Below, piece by piece: positions 28,167-42,266 of a stretch of 64,000 bases of DNA. The stretch is from a virus (Duplodnaviria > Caudoviricetes). Position numbers and translations under genes: made by a program. Location: the IMG/VR virus record IMGVR_UViG_3300031992_000074, positions 1 to 64,000 of that record. One strand, 5' to 3'. The notes beneath the pieces are model-generated. The model was not told the DNA's origin. It was given only the letters and a program-made list of their open reading frames with translations, and made no database searches. Position 1 is the stretch's first letter; every line of letters begins with the position of its first letter.

Positions 28167-31100
28167 AATTTAATGGATTATTTCTAATCATTTTTGCTAA
28201 TCTACGAATTAATTTATCTTGATATTTAATAGTATTTACTGTTAATTGACAATCTCCATCATTACGTAAATCTCTTGAAATATCAGTTATAAATAATAAT
28301 TGAGATAATGCATTATAAATATCATCTCTATCACTTGTATAGTCTTCTGCAGATATTCTTATGCCTTCACCAATTTGTAGTTCAGGTCAGCGATAATATT
28401 TAGGATTATAAGTTCCATCTTCATTGTCTAAAGTTTCTACATCTTGAACTAAATCAATTAAAGATATAGAATAACTTTTTTCAGGATATTTTTGATCCTC
28501 AAATGCATACTTAGCCATCATCAATAAATCTTCTGAAGTAGTAACTGAATCATTAGAATATGAAGTTTCAAGGAATAAATATGGATATTCTTCATAAAAA
28601 TCTCTCCATAAATCCTCTCTTTTTTGTAATAGTTTTTCATAACTACTTATTCCAGCATCTACAAAATGAGAAGTTAAATATGTAATTGCTATACCATTTC
28701 AACCTACATAATCTATAAAATTTAAACCAAGAGCTTGATTAAGAAAATCATTCCAAGTACATCCTCCAGTTTGAATTGTATAGAAAGATACTTTATCTGC
28801 AATCTTATTAAATCATAAATATTCAGTAGAAACATTTTGAGTACGTTTTAACATATTATCAACTTCTGATTGTTGTTCAATAGATAATTGACTGTATGTA
28901 TAAATCTCACTATTTTCTAATTGCGGAGCCATATCCTTTCAAATTACAATAAATTGTTTATCAATAGTTTGATTTATAATAGGAACGTATGCTGTATTAA
29001 TATCAACATAACTAAAATTCTTATTTTCATCATAAACTGGGAATATTACAGAGAAATGGTTTGTCACTTTTTCTTCTTTTATTCTTCAGTCACTAGGAAC
29101 AAAGATATCGCATAATAAACTTGCTGCATAAGCCTCATTTCAATATAATTGAAGGTTTGACTCAATTAGCGCCGCACGTTCTCTCATTGGGACTAAGTTA
29201 TTACCAGTATCCTCAATAGTATATTTGTATCAGAAATCTCCATTGGTAGCATTATTAAGTGCTACTCCATTAGATTGAATTGTTACTTCATATTTAAAAT
29301 CTCCATAAGGACCATAACCGTGTAATTCATGAGGTTGATTGTCATCTGGTATATTAGATATATCCATATCATAAGCTATTATATCTGGAGTTATTGATTC
29401 ACTATTATAACGATATAAACGAATAGTCTGACTTATAGTTTTATCAAATACATCATAATTATATGTTTGATTAGTTTTATATAATAAGTTATTGAAAATT
29501 TGATTTATAGTATAAACTCGTTCATCTTGATCATTATACAATTCATATGTGTTATCTAATAAATGAGCTTTTAAATCATATCCAATTGATGATGGAGAAA
29601 CTTTAACATTTTCTTTAATATAATATAAATTTTTAACTATATCAGTTTTATCATATTCTTTAGTTATATTAAAACTTCGTCCATTTTCATCACATAACTC
29701 ACTTGTAAAAAACTCTTTAAAAGAAGATGCTATATTTTCAACGACTCCATTTAAAATCAAATATATTACATAATTATATTCATCATATTCATCATCTGCT
29801 TTAATTCTACTTCCAGAAAGAAATTCTCCTTCTTTTATTATATCATAATCAGTATATTCATTTAAATTATCTGGTCATGTATAATTAGGAAACGTGTTTT
29901 TGTATATTATTAAATAGCTTAAATCATCTTCAAGTGTGTTAAAAGTTGTTTTCTTTATATAAGTTTTTGTTTGTCTATATGTATAATTTTTAAATTTACT
30001 ACCTTCCTCACCTTTACCTTTAGCATTAAAATCTGCGGCAATATTACCAAAAGTGTATGCTAAAAATTCACTAGGATCATTTCCATCTACTGGCTTTGTT
30101 GTATAGAAAAACAAATAAGGGAAATCACTAATAAAATCTTCATGAAGTTCAGTAAGGCTTTCAGCTACCTTCGCAGTATCATCAACACTGCAATAAGTTC
30201 CGTTTCCTGCTAAATTATAGTCGCTTGCATTATTGTTTTTATTAGATATCCTTGTATAGAAATTTTGATAATTAGTATTAGTAACTAATTGCATTTCTTT
30301 TCCATTTTTATCAAAAATAGATGCTAATGGATATTCTTTTATGTAAAGTGAATCATTTTTACCTTTAGGACTAATATATGGACTATATTGTTTAAAAACT
30401 CTATCACTATCTTGACGATGTGTAGGTGTTTTAGTATATCCACCTTGAACTAGAATATATTCTTTTCAATCAAGAATAGGAATTTGAGTTCAAGACAATA
30501 AACCTGATACAATATACCATGACATAGTTTGGAAGTTATTAATTATACCTCAACCAGGATAATTTGTATGACCACTTAATTCATCTGGTCCATAATATGT
30601 TCTATTGGCAGTTTTAGGTTCAAAAGTACTATTAGTTTCAATTATTAAACTATCATTGTTATAAAACAAATCAGTTAAAGGTAAATTTTTAAATTTTTTA
30701 TGAGCTTTAACATTTAATGTATTACGATTACGATATAAGTAGTTTCTTAATATTTCAGAAGGGCTAATTTCTTGATAAAAAATATTTTTATTTTTAGAAA
30801 AATCTATTGTACCATCAATCTCATTAAGTCCTTCTCTATCTTTATAAATTATATTATCTAATGCTATATCACTTTCTTGCTCAATTTTTTGTCCATTTAT
30901 AACTATATAAGTTTCATTTGATGAATAGAAAGTTGCATCCGCAAAAGGTCTTCCATCTTCATATAATTTGTTAAAGATTATATAATTTGAATCTCAATCA
31001 TAGAATTTTCCAGTACACCAATATTTATTATTATCACCATTATACTTAATATAAAAAGAGAAGAAAGTATTAGCTTCAGTTACTAATGTATGATCTAAGT

Positions 31101-33486
31101 TTTCAACATCATTAAAACATATATTTAAGAAATCTTCTTTTTTTATAAAGCATACTTCACGTAAATAATTTATATCTTTATTATAATTATCTTCTGAACC
31201 GGTTTTTTCTAAAATATCTTGATAACAATATACATTTATATCTTTATAATTGTTTTCAGTTAGTAAATGACTATCTTTATTAAAAATTGTATGTTGAGTA
31301 TTGTTATAATATAGTTGAATATTATTATAATCCTTTACTCGATGTTCTTCATCGAAAATGAAGAAATTGCTATAATTATTTACAAAATCACTAGATAACA
31401 TAGCATATTTGTCTTCTCTAAATGGCTCAAAATAATAGAAATTCTTTCTGTCATTACCTGAATCATTTTTAATATCAATAACAACGTGATAGTAATTATT
31501 ATATAGCGGATCTAATGGAGTTTCAAAGTATTTTCTAAAATTATATAAATTTTTTAAACATCTTTGTCTTGCATCTAAATATTTTCTCATATAATCTGAA
31601 GTTGTTCCATATAAATCCATAAAAGTAGATGATAGATAAGAACCTTTTATATCTGTTTGAGATGCGTCTGTGGCGCCGCTAATATTAGATTGAAGTAAAT
31701 TCCATCTTTGAAGTAAATTATCCTTATCATAAGATTCAGCTTTTCCTTTTTTCTTATAAATGTCTTCTATGCTTGATACTTCAGCTCCAACCATATCTAT
31801 ATTATTAGTCATTTCCGCTATATATTTTGTTTGTGAATGTAATCTACTATAATAATTCTCTGCATTTAGTAATATATCAGAATTAATTTTTCTTAAATCA
31901 TTATAAATTCTATTATTAATATCTTTTTCTTGAATCTTAGATAATAACCCTGCATTAATAAAATAGTTAAAATCAATCAATTTATTCTCTAATCAAGGAA
32001 GTTGATCCGCGATTCGTGCAAATTGTATATCTTCATCAGAATATTCTACTTTAAAGAATATAGAAATATCGTAATCTTTCAAATCACTATAATCAGCAAA
32101 ATCATTTTCATTTTTTACTGATATAATAATATTTGAACCACTTATTTCCATAGAAAAATTAGAATTATCTGGTGTTATAATTTTTAAATCACCAAAAATA
32201 GTACTAAATTGAATTTGACTAACAGTGTTTTGTGTTTTAAAAACTTGTAAAGGATATAGTTTAAATAAGTTAATTTCTTCATTAGATAATGTATATGAAG
32301 TAAATTTTATACCAATAATTCTATTGTTTTTTCTTATTAATGTAAAAGTTCCATTTGGTTTGGTTAATCTATACTGTGGTCCGTATAATATGTTTGTATA
32401 CATTCCAGTATAATATTTACTAAATTTTCTTCAATAAGTGCTATCAAAATAAGTTATGAAAAAAGGACTTACTTTTGGTAAAGCAGTTATTACTTCATCA
32501 GAACTTAATGTCCTACTATTTATATTTAAAACAGTTACTAATGAATCGGCTTGTTGAGATAAACTAAAAGTTTTTATATTTCTAAAAGGAGAATATTGTA
32601 ATCCATTTACCATATCTTTTTTAGAAGGTTCAAATCAGAAATATGTTACTAATGTAATAAAATTACTCATATTTTCTGGTTCAAGTAATACAGTAGCAGT
32701 ATTTAGTACCATACCTATTTGTTCGCCTAATGATATTAATGCGCCATTTGCAGTTGTTGATGAACAACTAAAAGGTATAGTTTCATATAAATCTGCATTT
32801 TTCATAGTATTTGAATAACTATTTTTTAATGTTTTTACTATTTTTTTATTTGAACTTTTTCTTGCAGTTGTATTTATTACAGTTCCATCATCACACAAAT
32901 ATAGAGGAACTTCTAATTTTAAGTATTTATATGATATTTTACACTCATTAACAATCTTTTCTGTCCAATTGTCAATATTTAATGCACCAATAAAATCTTT
33001 TGAATTTATATCATTATTTATTGTATATCCATCACTTTGTTTTGCTAATTGATAAGAGAAACTATCTTGACAAGTAAAATTATAAACAATGTTATTTTCA
33101 GTTATTGTATATGTGACACTTTTTACTGAAAATAATATTTTATTATTATAACTATATTCAAGTAATAATTGACTACCAATTTTAATTTTAGATGCGAAAG
33201 GATTATCTTTTCAAGTATCATCATCTAAAATCATCTTATCAAGAGAAAAAGTTAAATCTTTTTGAGCTTGTTGGTGGATATTTAATTTTTCATTATAAGT
33301 ATAAGTTTTTGTATATATATTAGTTAAATTATCTTTTAAATTTTTTGTGTTATTTTCTTTTTCATATTGTAATAAGTCTTGATTAACATTATTACTATAA
33401 AATTCAGATATAACATTCTTAATATACTTATTAAGATTATCTTGGTCATATGCTTTTGTTAATAAGCTTAATTTAAAATATGCCAT
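28165..33486 (-). CDS. Large tail tip / baseplate hub (Tal-like) protein, 1773 aa (16 TGA=Trp)
   Basis: Seven track ORFs plus the gaps between them are one frame, interrupted only by TGA. C-terminus YSISFIDL..ELQIGEGIRI..LFITDISRDL resembles tail-tip proteins; lies downstream of TMP/Dit. Confidence 0.8.
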
Positions 33487-33497
33487 AAAACCACCTT

Positions 33498-35192
33498 CTA
33501 ACTAAATATTATTTCAAAATTTTCTTCTATTGTTGGTGTACTTTCATCTCTATTTCAATTAAGACGAACTTGAAATTCACTTTCTTGTGCAGGTCTTTGA
33601 TATGTAATAACATCTGCAATTAAATCTTCATATGAATTATCATCAGAATCTTTGAATACTGATTGAGTAACAATTGATGAATTTCCTTGCCAACGTTGAT
33701 AACGAGGATTGTTTGGTTCGTTTTGCGGAACAAATGTGTCATCATTTTGTTTAACTTGTAGGTTAATATTATTATAATCAAAAATTGTTCCAGACTCAAA
33801 AGCGTCATTTCTATATCTTATTTTATAATCATAACCACTATTTTGTGAATGATAATAATATCTAGGAGCCATAACCGCAATTTGTATTGCATATGATAAA
33901 CCAAAATCTAATTCATCACAAGGAACACAATTGTAAATAATTACAGGGTCTCCATCCTTATCAAATCCTCCTATAAAATTCCAATTATAATATTGAGCAA
34001 GTGCGGATTCAAATATCATAAAATGAGATACAGAAGGAATCGAATTTCTATCTAACTGATATTGAATATATCTATCAAAATAATTAATATTATCTTCTTC
34101 GTCTATTCAAACTGAACGTCCATAAAATGCTGATTGATTTTTCCAATATTTAAAATATCAAATATCACTTTTTCTATTTAATACATATTGGTCTGTATTA
34201 TATGAATAATAAATGTTTTCTCCATCTGTTCATACATATGCGCCATTAAAATTTGTTAAACCATTTCAAGTTTTTTTAGACCAAGTTGAAGTTGATTTGT
34301 CTAATACATATTGAGTAAGACCATTTGAATAATAAATATTATCTCCGTCTCTTCAAATTGCTCCACCACTAAAATTTGTTAATCCACTTCAAGTCTTATT
34401 TGTTCAGTATGGTTCTGGTTCTTCATCATCATTTACAATTAAGACTTTGTGTTTACTTGAAAGAGAATAATATATATTTTCACCATCTGTTCATATATCT
34501 GTACCATAAAAACTAGTATCATCTAATCCAGTTCAAGTTTTTTCCTTTCAAGTTAAATCTACTGGATCTAATTTATATTGATAAGTACCACTTGAATAAT
34601 AGGTGTCTTTACCATCTGTCCATATATTATATCCTTGTCCTTGTAAAGTACCGCCGCCTTCTACAGCTCATTCTTTAACTATTCATTTGCTTGTTGTTTT
34701 ATCGAACATATAACTATTTCTACCATTTAAATAATAAGTATTATTGTCATAAGTTCAAATACAAGAGCCGTTACTAATAGGTAAATCAATTGTATCTCTT
34801 ATAAATCATCTAGATTCTAAATCATAAGCATCTTTTTTATAAATTGATGCACCTATATTCAAAGTCTCACTGTAATCTGCACCATATTGATATACATGAG
34901 TTGTTCTATTTTTAAAACCTCATCTAAAAAATAACTTATAAATATCAATAGCATCATTTTCATTTTCATTAATTATGCTATCTTCTGTAATAACTGTATC
35001 ATCTTTCTTAATAAAAGTATAAGTATTATCGTTATTCTCATTATATCCCAATAGTCTTCATTCAGGATTATAATAATGTAAATATTCATATAATGAATCA
35101 ATACTATTTTCTAAAGACAAAATATATTCTTTGTGAATTGCTTGTCTTTGTTGACTTAGAGGCCTTTGAACTGTAATATTAAAAAATTTCAT
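33498..35192 (-). CDS. Tail protein with six Trp-rich ~40 aa repeats (beta-propeller-like), 564 aa (17 TGA=Trp)
   Basis: Single frame checked codon by codon; repeat GxxIWTDGxNIYYSxGxxQYxLDKxxxxWxxKTWxGL. Confidence 0.8.
34060..34769 (-). repeat. Six tandem degenerate protein repeats
   Basis: Repeat starts GSCIWTYD / GYNIWTDG / GTDIWTDG / GGAIWRDG / GAYVWTDG / GRSVWIDE. Confidence 0.8.
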
Positions 35193-35917
35193 TATCTCAC
35201 CCTCATAACAATATCACTAAAAATAGGTTCGCTCGTATTAAAATATTCAATTTTAACTACAATTTCATCTTCAACATCATCATAAGTCCATTTTCAATTA
35301 GCATAAAATTCTTCATACCCTGATTCTGATTTAATATAAAATTTAATTAATGGTTTTAATATTGATATTCCATCAATTTTCACACTTGAAAAACGCTTTA
35401 TAAGATATGTTGGATTTTGTTCTGGACTTGGTGTAAAACTACTAATAGGTTCATCTAATAGATAAGCAGATTGTGATGTATCTATTTTTATAACACTCTC
35501 TATCGAACCTTCCTCAGGAGTGCTATTATATGTATAACTTAATTTTAATTGGTCATTGTCAGTATCATAAGTAATTGTTGGTTGATAAATACCTTTATTT
35601 TCAGCAGGTATATATAATAAATTGCCATCTAATTGCTTATAAATTACATCTCCACGATAATATGTATCTTTACCATTAGTAATAGAATTTGCATTAACAA
35701 TAGCGGATTCACCTATATTTAATAATGCTAATTTTGAAGTAATATCACTATCACTTAATAATACTTGTGTAACATTGTATATATCTCAGAAGGAAACTTG
35801 TCTAGTAACATTTTCTAATTTATCATATAATTTATTTAAAGCTTCTTTAATATCGTCAATTTCTTCAAATTTTTGTGTATTATAAAATTGAGTTTCTGTA
35901 TGTTGTAAATTACTCAT
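35192..35917 (-). CDS. Tail/baseplate-region hypothetical protein, 241 aa (2 TGA=Trp); absent from ORF track
   Basis: GAGGTG RBS; the stop overlaps the next ATG. Confidence 0.7.
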
Positions 35918-35927
35918 ATAATCACCT

Positions 35928-37067
35928 CTACACTAAAATAGCTTTTGCTCTACCATATGATACTGCTTTTATTTTACTATCTTCTGATAATGGAGACAAC
36001 TTATAAAACTCTCAATATAAATATATATCTCCAACTTCTTCATTCTTATTTACTTTCATCTTAGTAGTTTTCATATCATTAACCATTAAATCTCCATAGG
36101 TATTAGTTAATAATAAATTTAATACTTTATAATCTGAATCTCCATATTGTAAAAATACCAATCCTGAAGTCGAATCATACTTAATTGAAATAGTTCTATC
36201 TAATTGATTAAAAGAAGTTGGTTCGCCATTTATTTGTTCTGTATCTTGCCAATTTTCAGTTTGCGGCATAAAATCTACTTCACATAATAAATCACAGTAT
36301 TTTGTAACTTTATTTGCAGTTTCAGTATCTACTATTTCATTAACATCTGGTCCTATGTATAAACGTAATGATGGATAAGCATTAGTACTGGTATCTCCAG
36401 TAAAATAGAAAGACACTTCACTAACTATTCCAAAAGATAATTCTGAAAATGGTAATAAATCACTTGGTAATAAGCCACTAGAATTTTTTGGTAATCCAAG
36501 AATATAATAAGTATTAACGTTACCATCAGTAATATAAGTATCTGTTTGAGTTCATACATATTGTCTTTGAGCTAATGCACATTGTTCTCCTTGAATTTCA
36601 AAAGTAATTGTATTTTCAGCCATATATAAATCTTTACCATTATCAACACCAATTACGGTTTTTACGGCTTCTTTCATACCAGTAGTCTTTGCTAAATAAC
36701 ATAAATTATTATCATAAGCAAAAGAAAGATAATCAATTTCATACGGACCTAGTGCCGCAATTAAACTACGATATTCTTCTGCGGTAACTCCATAAGTACA
36801 AATAGTAAAACTTACTTGCATTCTACTGAATTTTACGCCTGTTAAATTACCCATTGCGTGATCATATTGTGGTGAACTGTACTCATTAGAGAAGGAAGGC
36901 CCATTAACAAACTTAAGGGCACTTCCGTTATTTGTAATAAATGTATGATATGTATCTCACATATCTTCACCACGCCAATAAAATTTAGCATATTTATCAA
37001 GTCTACGACCAAGATATTCTTGTTGCTTTTTTATTGTATTAACTTGTGAATAACTTTTTGTACTCAT
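35928..37067 (-). CDS. Distal tail (Dit)-like protein, 379 aa (3 TGA=Trp)
   Basis: Immediately after the tape measure gene; joins track ORFs 36552-36854 and 36012-36416; GAGGTG RBS. Confidence 0.65.
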
Positions 37068-37078
37068 TATAACACCTC

Positions 37079-40000
37079 TTATGCAGATACATTTATACCA
37101 CTTTGAATTATTGCGGCGATAATTGCATCTTTCAAATTACGTCCTTGCATTTCATTTCCACTTAATTGAATTACTTGGTCACCAATATTTAATGTTAAAT
37201 TTCCACCTGTATCATTAACGCTAATTTGACTTGAATCAATATTAGATACTTGACTACCAAAAGTAGCAAAGAAATTATTTAAGTCTAATTGCGCTTCATT
37301 CGCTGTTTTTGCTAAGAAACTGTCTGAAGTTAAGAAACTTGCTAATAATTCTTCACTTTCAGTTCCTCTTAATAAATTTAATAATTCTCTGTTATTTGCT
37401 AAAAGCTCATCGAATTTCTCACTAATCTCTGAAATTGAATCTTCAATATTTTGAATAACTGCTTCTTGTGCACGTTCACGTAAAGTATTTAATCTTTCTT
37501 TTTCTAATTCAGCAAAAGAATTTGTAAGTTCTTCTATTTGTGCTTTTGAAGACATACTTGTAGAACCAGCAAGTTTAGTTAAATTAGATACGAATAATTC
37601 TGCTTTTTCTTCATACTCTTCATCTTCTTGAGCTTGATTAATTGATTCAAAATATTTTTGATAAGCATCTTTTCTTTCTTCAAGAGATTTAGTTAAAGCA
37701 TCTTGTTCTTCTTTAAGAAGTTCCTTATACGCTTCAATACGCTTATTTTCTTGTTCAACTAAAGTTTCTAAATCTACACTGAAGAAATCCTTACTTTCTA
37801 ACTCTCTCATTTGTTGCTCTAAATATGTGACTAATGCCGCATTATATTCAGAGCCTTTTCTTGCCCTTTCAACTTCTCATTCTGCTCTCAATTCGTCAAG
37901 TTGTCTTTTTCTATTTTCTTGTAAAGTTTTATTTGAAGCAAGAGCTTGTTCAATTTGTTGATAATCTTGTGAGTTAAAAGCAGCTAATAATCTTTCTCCA
38001 TCTTTACCTGAGAATAACTCTCCATGCTCACTTAAGAATGTTGTCTTATCAGTCTCTGTCATAGTAGACCATTTTGATGCTGTTTCATAGAAACTTTTTA
38101 CTGAATTTGTTAATTTATCTACATTTTGTCCTATATTTTGAATACCAACTTGAATTGTATTACCAATTTGATTTAAAATTACATTATATGCTTCATCATA
38201 ATCTTCCAATCCAGATAATATTCCACCAAAAGATTCTTTCATTGCCATAGTAATGTTGCCATTATTTGCTGCAAGAGATTTAAAGAATGTGTCTGATATT
38301 ATATTTTTATATTGTTCTTCAGATAATACTTCTTCAAGTTGTCCACTCACGCCTTGTTCTTTTAAGGTACGTAAAATTGATTGATATCCAGTATATAAAT
38401 CATTTATTTCTTCATTAGTAATATTTAATTTGTCAATTAAATCTAATGCAGAAGCTCCCATTTGTTCAAATACATTAAACTCTTTAAATGCAGTAGAAAT
38501 TGCTTTAAATTCCTCTGAAAATTCTCCTAAAGAATCTTTTAACATAACAAATGCTTCTGTTCTCTCTTTTAAAGATAAACTTTCATCTTGAAGGATATCC
38601 GCGGCAACACTTCCATTTATTTTTATAGAAGCAATTTCTTTTAATATATCTCTTATTTTAGTTGAATCTTTTAAAAATTCTTTTAACGTCTCATCTGAAA
38701 CTGATTCAATGATTTTTTCCATCATTGTTCGTCTTGAAGTTTTTTCAACACTTGTTAAAGACGTGTCTTCATCTAAATAAGAATATAATGATTGTTTTGC
38801 TATAGTACGAGCACTTAATCTATAAGAAGCATTTTCTTTTCAATCGTTAGAATTTGTCCTTAAAAGTACACCAGATAATTTTTCTCTATCTTCTCTTAAT
38901 TTTTCATCTAATAATGTTTGATAATATTTTAAATATTCTTGTTTCTCACTATCATTTAAACCTTCATAATAGTCTTTTTCTGACATTGATAAAGAAGTAT
39001 CAAGATTTTCTTCTTTAACTGAAGATAAATTATCTGCAACTTCTTTTAAACTATCAGAAAGTTTTTGTGCGTCATCACTAGTTTTTATTAATTTATTATC
39101 TAAGTCTTCAATACTACTAACTGCAGTTTTAATACTTTCTGCTCTTTTAGTTAAATTATAAATTTCAGCATTAATTTCATTCATTTCATCTTCTGCTGAT
39201 TCACTACTACCTGCTATCGATGCAGCTATTGCAACACCAATTAATGAAGCAAGTATTGCAGCACCAACTACTCATCCCGCAGCCATAGTAGCACTACCTG
39301 CCATTTTTCAAGCAGTTTTTGCTCTTTCTAATCCAACAGATTTTTGTAATTCAGCATTTTCTTTCTTAGTATATATAATTGCAGCATTAATAGCTCTTGC
39401 AATTAATTTTCAAAGACCTCATACAGCTAAAATTGGAGCAGCTAAACCAAGAACAGTAGATTTTAAATTATCTACTAAATGTTCTTGACTTTCTAATAAT
39501 GATAATTGTTCTCCATATGATTCAGAAACTGCTTGAGTTTGTTCATACTTTAATTGTTCTGCTTTGTAATTGTTAAGTTGTTGCTCTTGTATTAATATCT
39601 CTTTATCTAATTCTTCAGTAGATTCTTTATTTTCTAATGCTTGAAGTCTTTGTTTTTTTAATTCTATTAAATAATCTTCTGTTTGTGTAATAAGTCCCTT
39701 ACGTTTTTCGTAATTTTCTTTTTGAGACATAATATAAGCATCTGCTTGTATCTTTTTTCTTTTTAATTCTATTTTAGCTTCTTGTTGTGTATACTGTAAT
39801 TGTAACTTTGCTATTTTTGCTTGTCTCATTTTATTGCCTAACATAGTCACAGCCACACCAGCAAGCACAACTGCAAGTGATACTAAAACCCATTCCTGAC
39901 TAAGAATTTGATTAAGAAGATTTAATACACCAGTTACTTGATTAACTAAAAATACAATAAAATCACTATTACTTACAGTTGAAATAATTTTTTCCCAAGA

Positions 40001-41818
40001 AGTAGCTAATCTATTTAAAGCAGCTTCTAGTCCTTGAGTATAAGTCGCCATTTGTGCCATTGTAGCACCAGCTGAACGAGCAGATATTTCTTGTAATTCA
40101 ATAACTCTTTCGTAATCACTCATCATTGCAATTAAACGTGATTGTTGACGAGTACCTGCCAATGCTTTTGCAATAGCAGCTTGTTGATTAGAATTTAATG
40201 AATCCCATTTTTTACCCAAATCATCCAACACATCTTCAGTAGAACGTAAATCTCCATTAGCGTTTCTTAACTGAATACCTACATATTCTAATTGACTTTC
40301 AACATTATTTAAATTAATACCATCTTCAAGCGTTTCACCATAGTCTGTAATTTCACGCATACGCGCAATAACTGTCTTTAACGCAGTACCTATAGTTTCT
40401 GGCGCTTCACGTGTTGTTTCAAGACCTTTAGCAAGTAACGCAGTAGTATAATCAATTGACATACCTGCTAAATTAGCTTGAGATGCAACCTTACTTAATG
40501 CTATCGCAATTTCCTCATAAGATGTAGCGGCATTTGCTGATACTGCTGCAAACTTATCTGAAACAATCATAGCTTGATCAGTACTTAGTCTAAAACCATT
40601 TAATGCAGTAGTTAAATAATTAATTGAATCTGAAGTGTTAATTGCAGCAACTTTTGCGGCAGAAATCGCAGCTTTAGCAAGTACTAATGCATCTTCAGTA
40701 CTTTTACCTTGACGTACGAATTCTGTTACGGCTGCTGATACTTCTTTTGTTGTACCACCAATTTCAATAGCTAAATCTTGATAACTTTTTAATAGTTGAT
40801 AAACTTCTTTACGAGTTTTACCAGTAACCATCGCTTGTTCAGTTAAAGATTTATCCAAGTCTATTACTGTACTTCTAACTTCACTCATCGCTCTACGAAC
40901 TAATCTTAACCCAACAGTTCAAAGACTTAATTGCTTAGTTAATTTTCCTATAGATGAAGCAGAATTAGAAATACTCTTAACATTTGTATCAAGAAGAGTT
41001 GATTCTCCATTAAGTATAGTTTGATTACGCTCTGATTCATTTAAATTATTATACATATTTTGAATATCAGTTGAAGTGTCATGTAATGCTGGATTTACAA
41101 CTGTATTTCTATATGCATCATCGCTATCTATTTTATTTTTCTTTTCAAATTGTCTTCTTTCTTTAATTGCATCTTGTGTCTCTTTTAATTTATTACCGTA
41201 TTGTTCTATATCTTTATTAGCTTTATCTTGCTCTTCAATCGTTTCATTATAAGTATTAATAAGTTCCTGTAATTTTGATGTAAAAGTTTTATTAAGAACT
41301 CTACCATCTTTTATTTGATTACCTTCTGAATCGTAATAAGTTAATTTATCAAAGCCTGTTTTTGCTACAGTACTTAATCTTTTAAGATCATGCCCTCCAT
41401 TTGGACCTTTTACTGAAATACCTTTAGTTGATAAAAGATTAAAAAATTCTTCGTCTTTATTTTTTAATTTAACAGTTGTTTTAGATTTTGTTGCTTTCGC
41501 TTCATCAATCTTTTTGGTATATTCATCTTCTGATTCATATAATTTTTGCATTTTTTCAGTAACTGTCGTCGCATTCTTAGATACTTTTTCTAGTATCTCT
41601 TGAACTTGTTTAAAAGCGTGATTGAATTTATCTAAATCACTTCTTGACATTTCAGTCTGTTTAGCAAGTTCTTGCATTTCTGATATATATGCATTAAAAT
41701 TATTTATTGATTTTTCAGATGGAAAGGCATTTTTTGCTATTCCTTGTTTTCCAGCTTCACTTAAATTTTTAACATCAGTTTCAATGGAGCCATCAACTTT
41801 TATTTTTAATTCTGCCAT
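37079..41818 (-). CDS. Tail tape measure protein, 1579 aa (7 TGA=Trp)
   Basis: TP901-type core (DLDKSLTEQAMVTG..ATSYEEIAIAL..APETIGTALKTV..AGTRQQSRL), hydrophobic segments, long helical region. Five track ORFs are in one frame. Confidence 0.92.
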
Positions 41819-41845
41819 CTATCATCACCTCTATGGCAATTAAAA

Positions 41846-42247
41846 TTAGTTAATTTCTTTATTTTTATCTCTTTCGTTTAAAATCCTTTGATTTTTAATA
41901 ATATCAGCACCGCCCAATTCTTTAAACTCTTCCAATTGAGTTAATGTCGCTTCATTATTGGCTTCTAAAATAGATCCACCTTTATCAAGTATATCTGCAA
42001 GTTTTTCAGCATCTAAATTATTAATAATATCATTAATTTTATCACTTATTGCTTTTATATTAGTTAAATAGAATACTCTAGCATCTTTTACTAAATCCAT
42101 TAAATTAATTTTAGTAATTTTATAAAAATCACTTTGCTTATATTCTTTTTCAAAATCTTTTAATTTTAATAATACATCAAAGAAATTATCAGTTTCTTCA
42201 AGTATTTCTTTTAATTTATTGTTTAAATATTCATTAGTTAATTCCAT
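41846..42247 (-). CDS. Putative tail assembly chaperone
   Basis: Directly upstream of TMP; RBS GAAAGGA favours ATG 42247 over the track start 42307. Confidence 0.5.
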   Translation of the reverse strand: MELTNEYLNNKLKEILEETDNFFDVLLKLKDFEKEYKQSDFYKITKINLMDLVKDARVFYLTNIKAISDKINDIINNLDAEKLADILDKGGSILEANNEATLTQLEEFKELGGADIIKNQRILNERDKNKEIN

Positions 42248-42266
42248 AATATCATTTTCCTTTCTT

